Source: Atractiella rhizophila (Eukaryota). From it: a stretch of 64,000 nt of DNA. The DNA lies in contig MU271230.1 in the NCBI GenBank assembly GCA_021432655.1, positions 62,001-126,000 on the forward strand, read 5' to 3'. Each line of letters starts with the position of its first letter. Positions within the stretch are counted from its first letter, which is position 1. The notes below the pieces were generated by a model. That model saw only the letters and a program-made list of their open reading frames with translations. It was not told where the DNA came from and did no database searches. The position numbers were made by a program, and so were the translations under genes. Below are positions 62,843 through 64,000 of the stretch, piece after piece.

Positions 62843-64000
62843 CTTGCCACTGTTTATTGGTATGCCTATCATTCAGGGCAATGAAAATAATACCATAAAC
62901 GTGAGAATTATGAACAGGTCCGCAGGTTATGAGCGGAAGATTCAGTTGAAGCACCGCCTGCCAAAATGGTTCCATATGAAAAGATGCATTGCAACAATCT
63001 AACACTCCTGAGTGTCAGTTGCTGTTGATGTTGTCCTTGTTGAATTCCCTGCTAGCACAGTTAGGTTGGAAGGTTTACCTGTCGGATATTAACCCTTGAA
63101 ACTGACATCATGGACGTTTCGAAAGCAGGTGTTCAATCCTGTTAATTGCACAGTGGAAGAGAGACACTTTGTCCATCATCAATTAGCAATTGAGCCTGAA
63201 AGGTCACAGCATGTATGGAGCAGACAACCATCTGCCATTAGTTGCAACAAAGGTTTCATCTCCCTCCTGAGCTGGAACAACATTCGCTCTTGTCACTGTA
63301 GTGGTTCTCAAGGTGGGGATGGAACGTGAGTGAGGGATGGTGGTTGTGTCTTGGCATTCATTCTATGGATTGTACATGGGTGCCTGCCACAGATGCCAGC
63401 TCATAAAGAAGATAAAATAGGTGGCAGGCTGAATAAAATGATGATATGAGATGAGTAAAATGATAAGATTTTCTATTGACTCATGTATTATGGGCTTTCC
63501 CGCGATGTTGTTGGATCATTTATCCATTCATCCTTACCTCTAAAAGCCATCCGTTCTTGGCATGAGTCATAAAACGCACTTTTGAGCATTCATACCTCCC
63601 TCAGCAGGCACATTGAAACGAAATGAATTACACCATCTCACCACATATGCTTGCGCCTTTCTGAAGCCTCGAGGAAATTTTGTTCTGAAGGGGGTAAAAA
63701 ATGCGTTTCATACTGGACTCGAACCCTCACAAGAGTCACAGTAGGGTTCAAGGGGCCATGCCCCTTGCGAGTGGGTTGGGGGGCCTGAGGGACGAAGGCC
63801 TCTGACACACTTGTTGGCCTATAAAAGCGGCCTTACTTGTTAATGTGAAATTCATGTTATTCCTCATCATCTTACTTTGCCCTCACAGCAGAAAGCGCGG
63901 TAAGAATTGAGGTAAGTTCCCTGGGCTGTAGAAGCCCCCCTGTAAGATCCATTCTCTTAATTCGGAGCCCAGATAGCTTGATAAAAGCGGCCTTACACTT

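Overview
This is a repeat-rich window from an intron-containing fungal genome, most likely a basidiomycete (inferred from ~45-60 nt GT-AG introns, a Zn2Cys6 factor, and the transposon and NLR types). The left part holds a family of F-box/LRR genes with an unrecognised N-terminal domain (4 copies, at least 2 broken) among older segmental duplications. The middle is a pile-up of transposons. It contains a full-length but disabled Ty3/Gypsy chromovirus (CAATT TSD, Tf1-type self-priming signature, -1 frameshift signal, and a tandem structured RNA with compensatory changes after pol). It also contains a CACTA-like transposase pseudogene, a solo LTR, a Fot1/pogo element with a Tc1-like element nested near its right end, a second Tc1-like copy and a pogo-derived MITE. 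Two gap-adjacent segments (26662-28647, 36331-39030) are written backwards without complementation. They are almost certainly assembly artefacts, and they hide a pogo transposase and half of a Tc1-like element from any six-frame scan. The right part has a spliced Zn2Cys6 gene, a patatin-NB-TPR NLR-like gene facing an inverted patatin relic, a TET/JBP-like 2OG-Fe(II) dioxygenase candidate, and MULE, LINE and tRNA-like remnants. All alignments and translations were done by eye.
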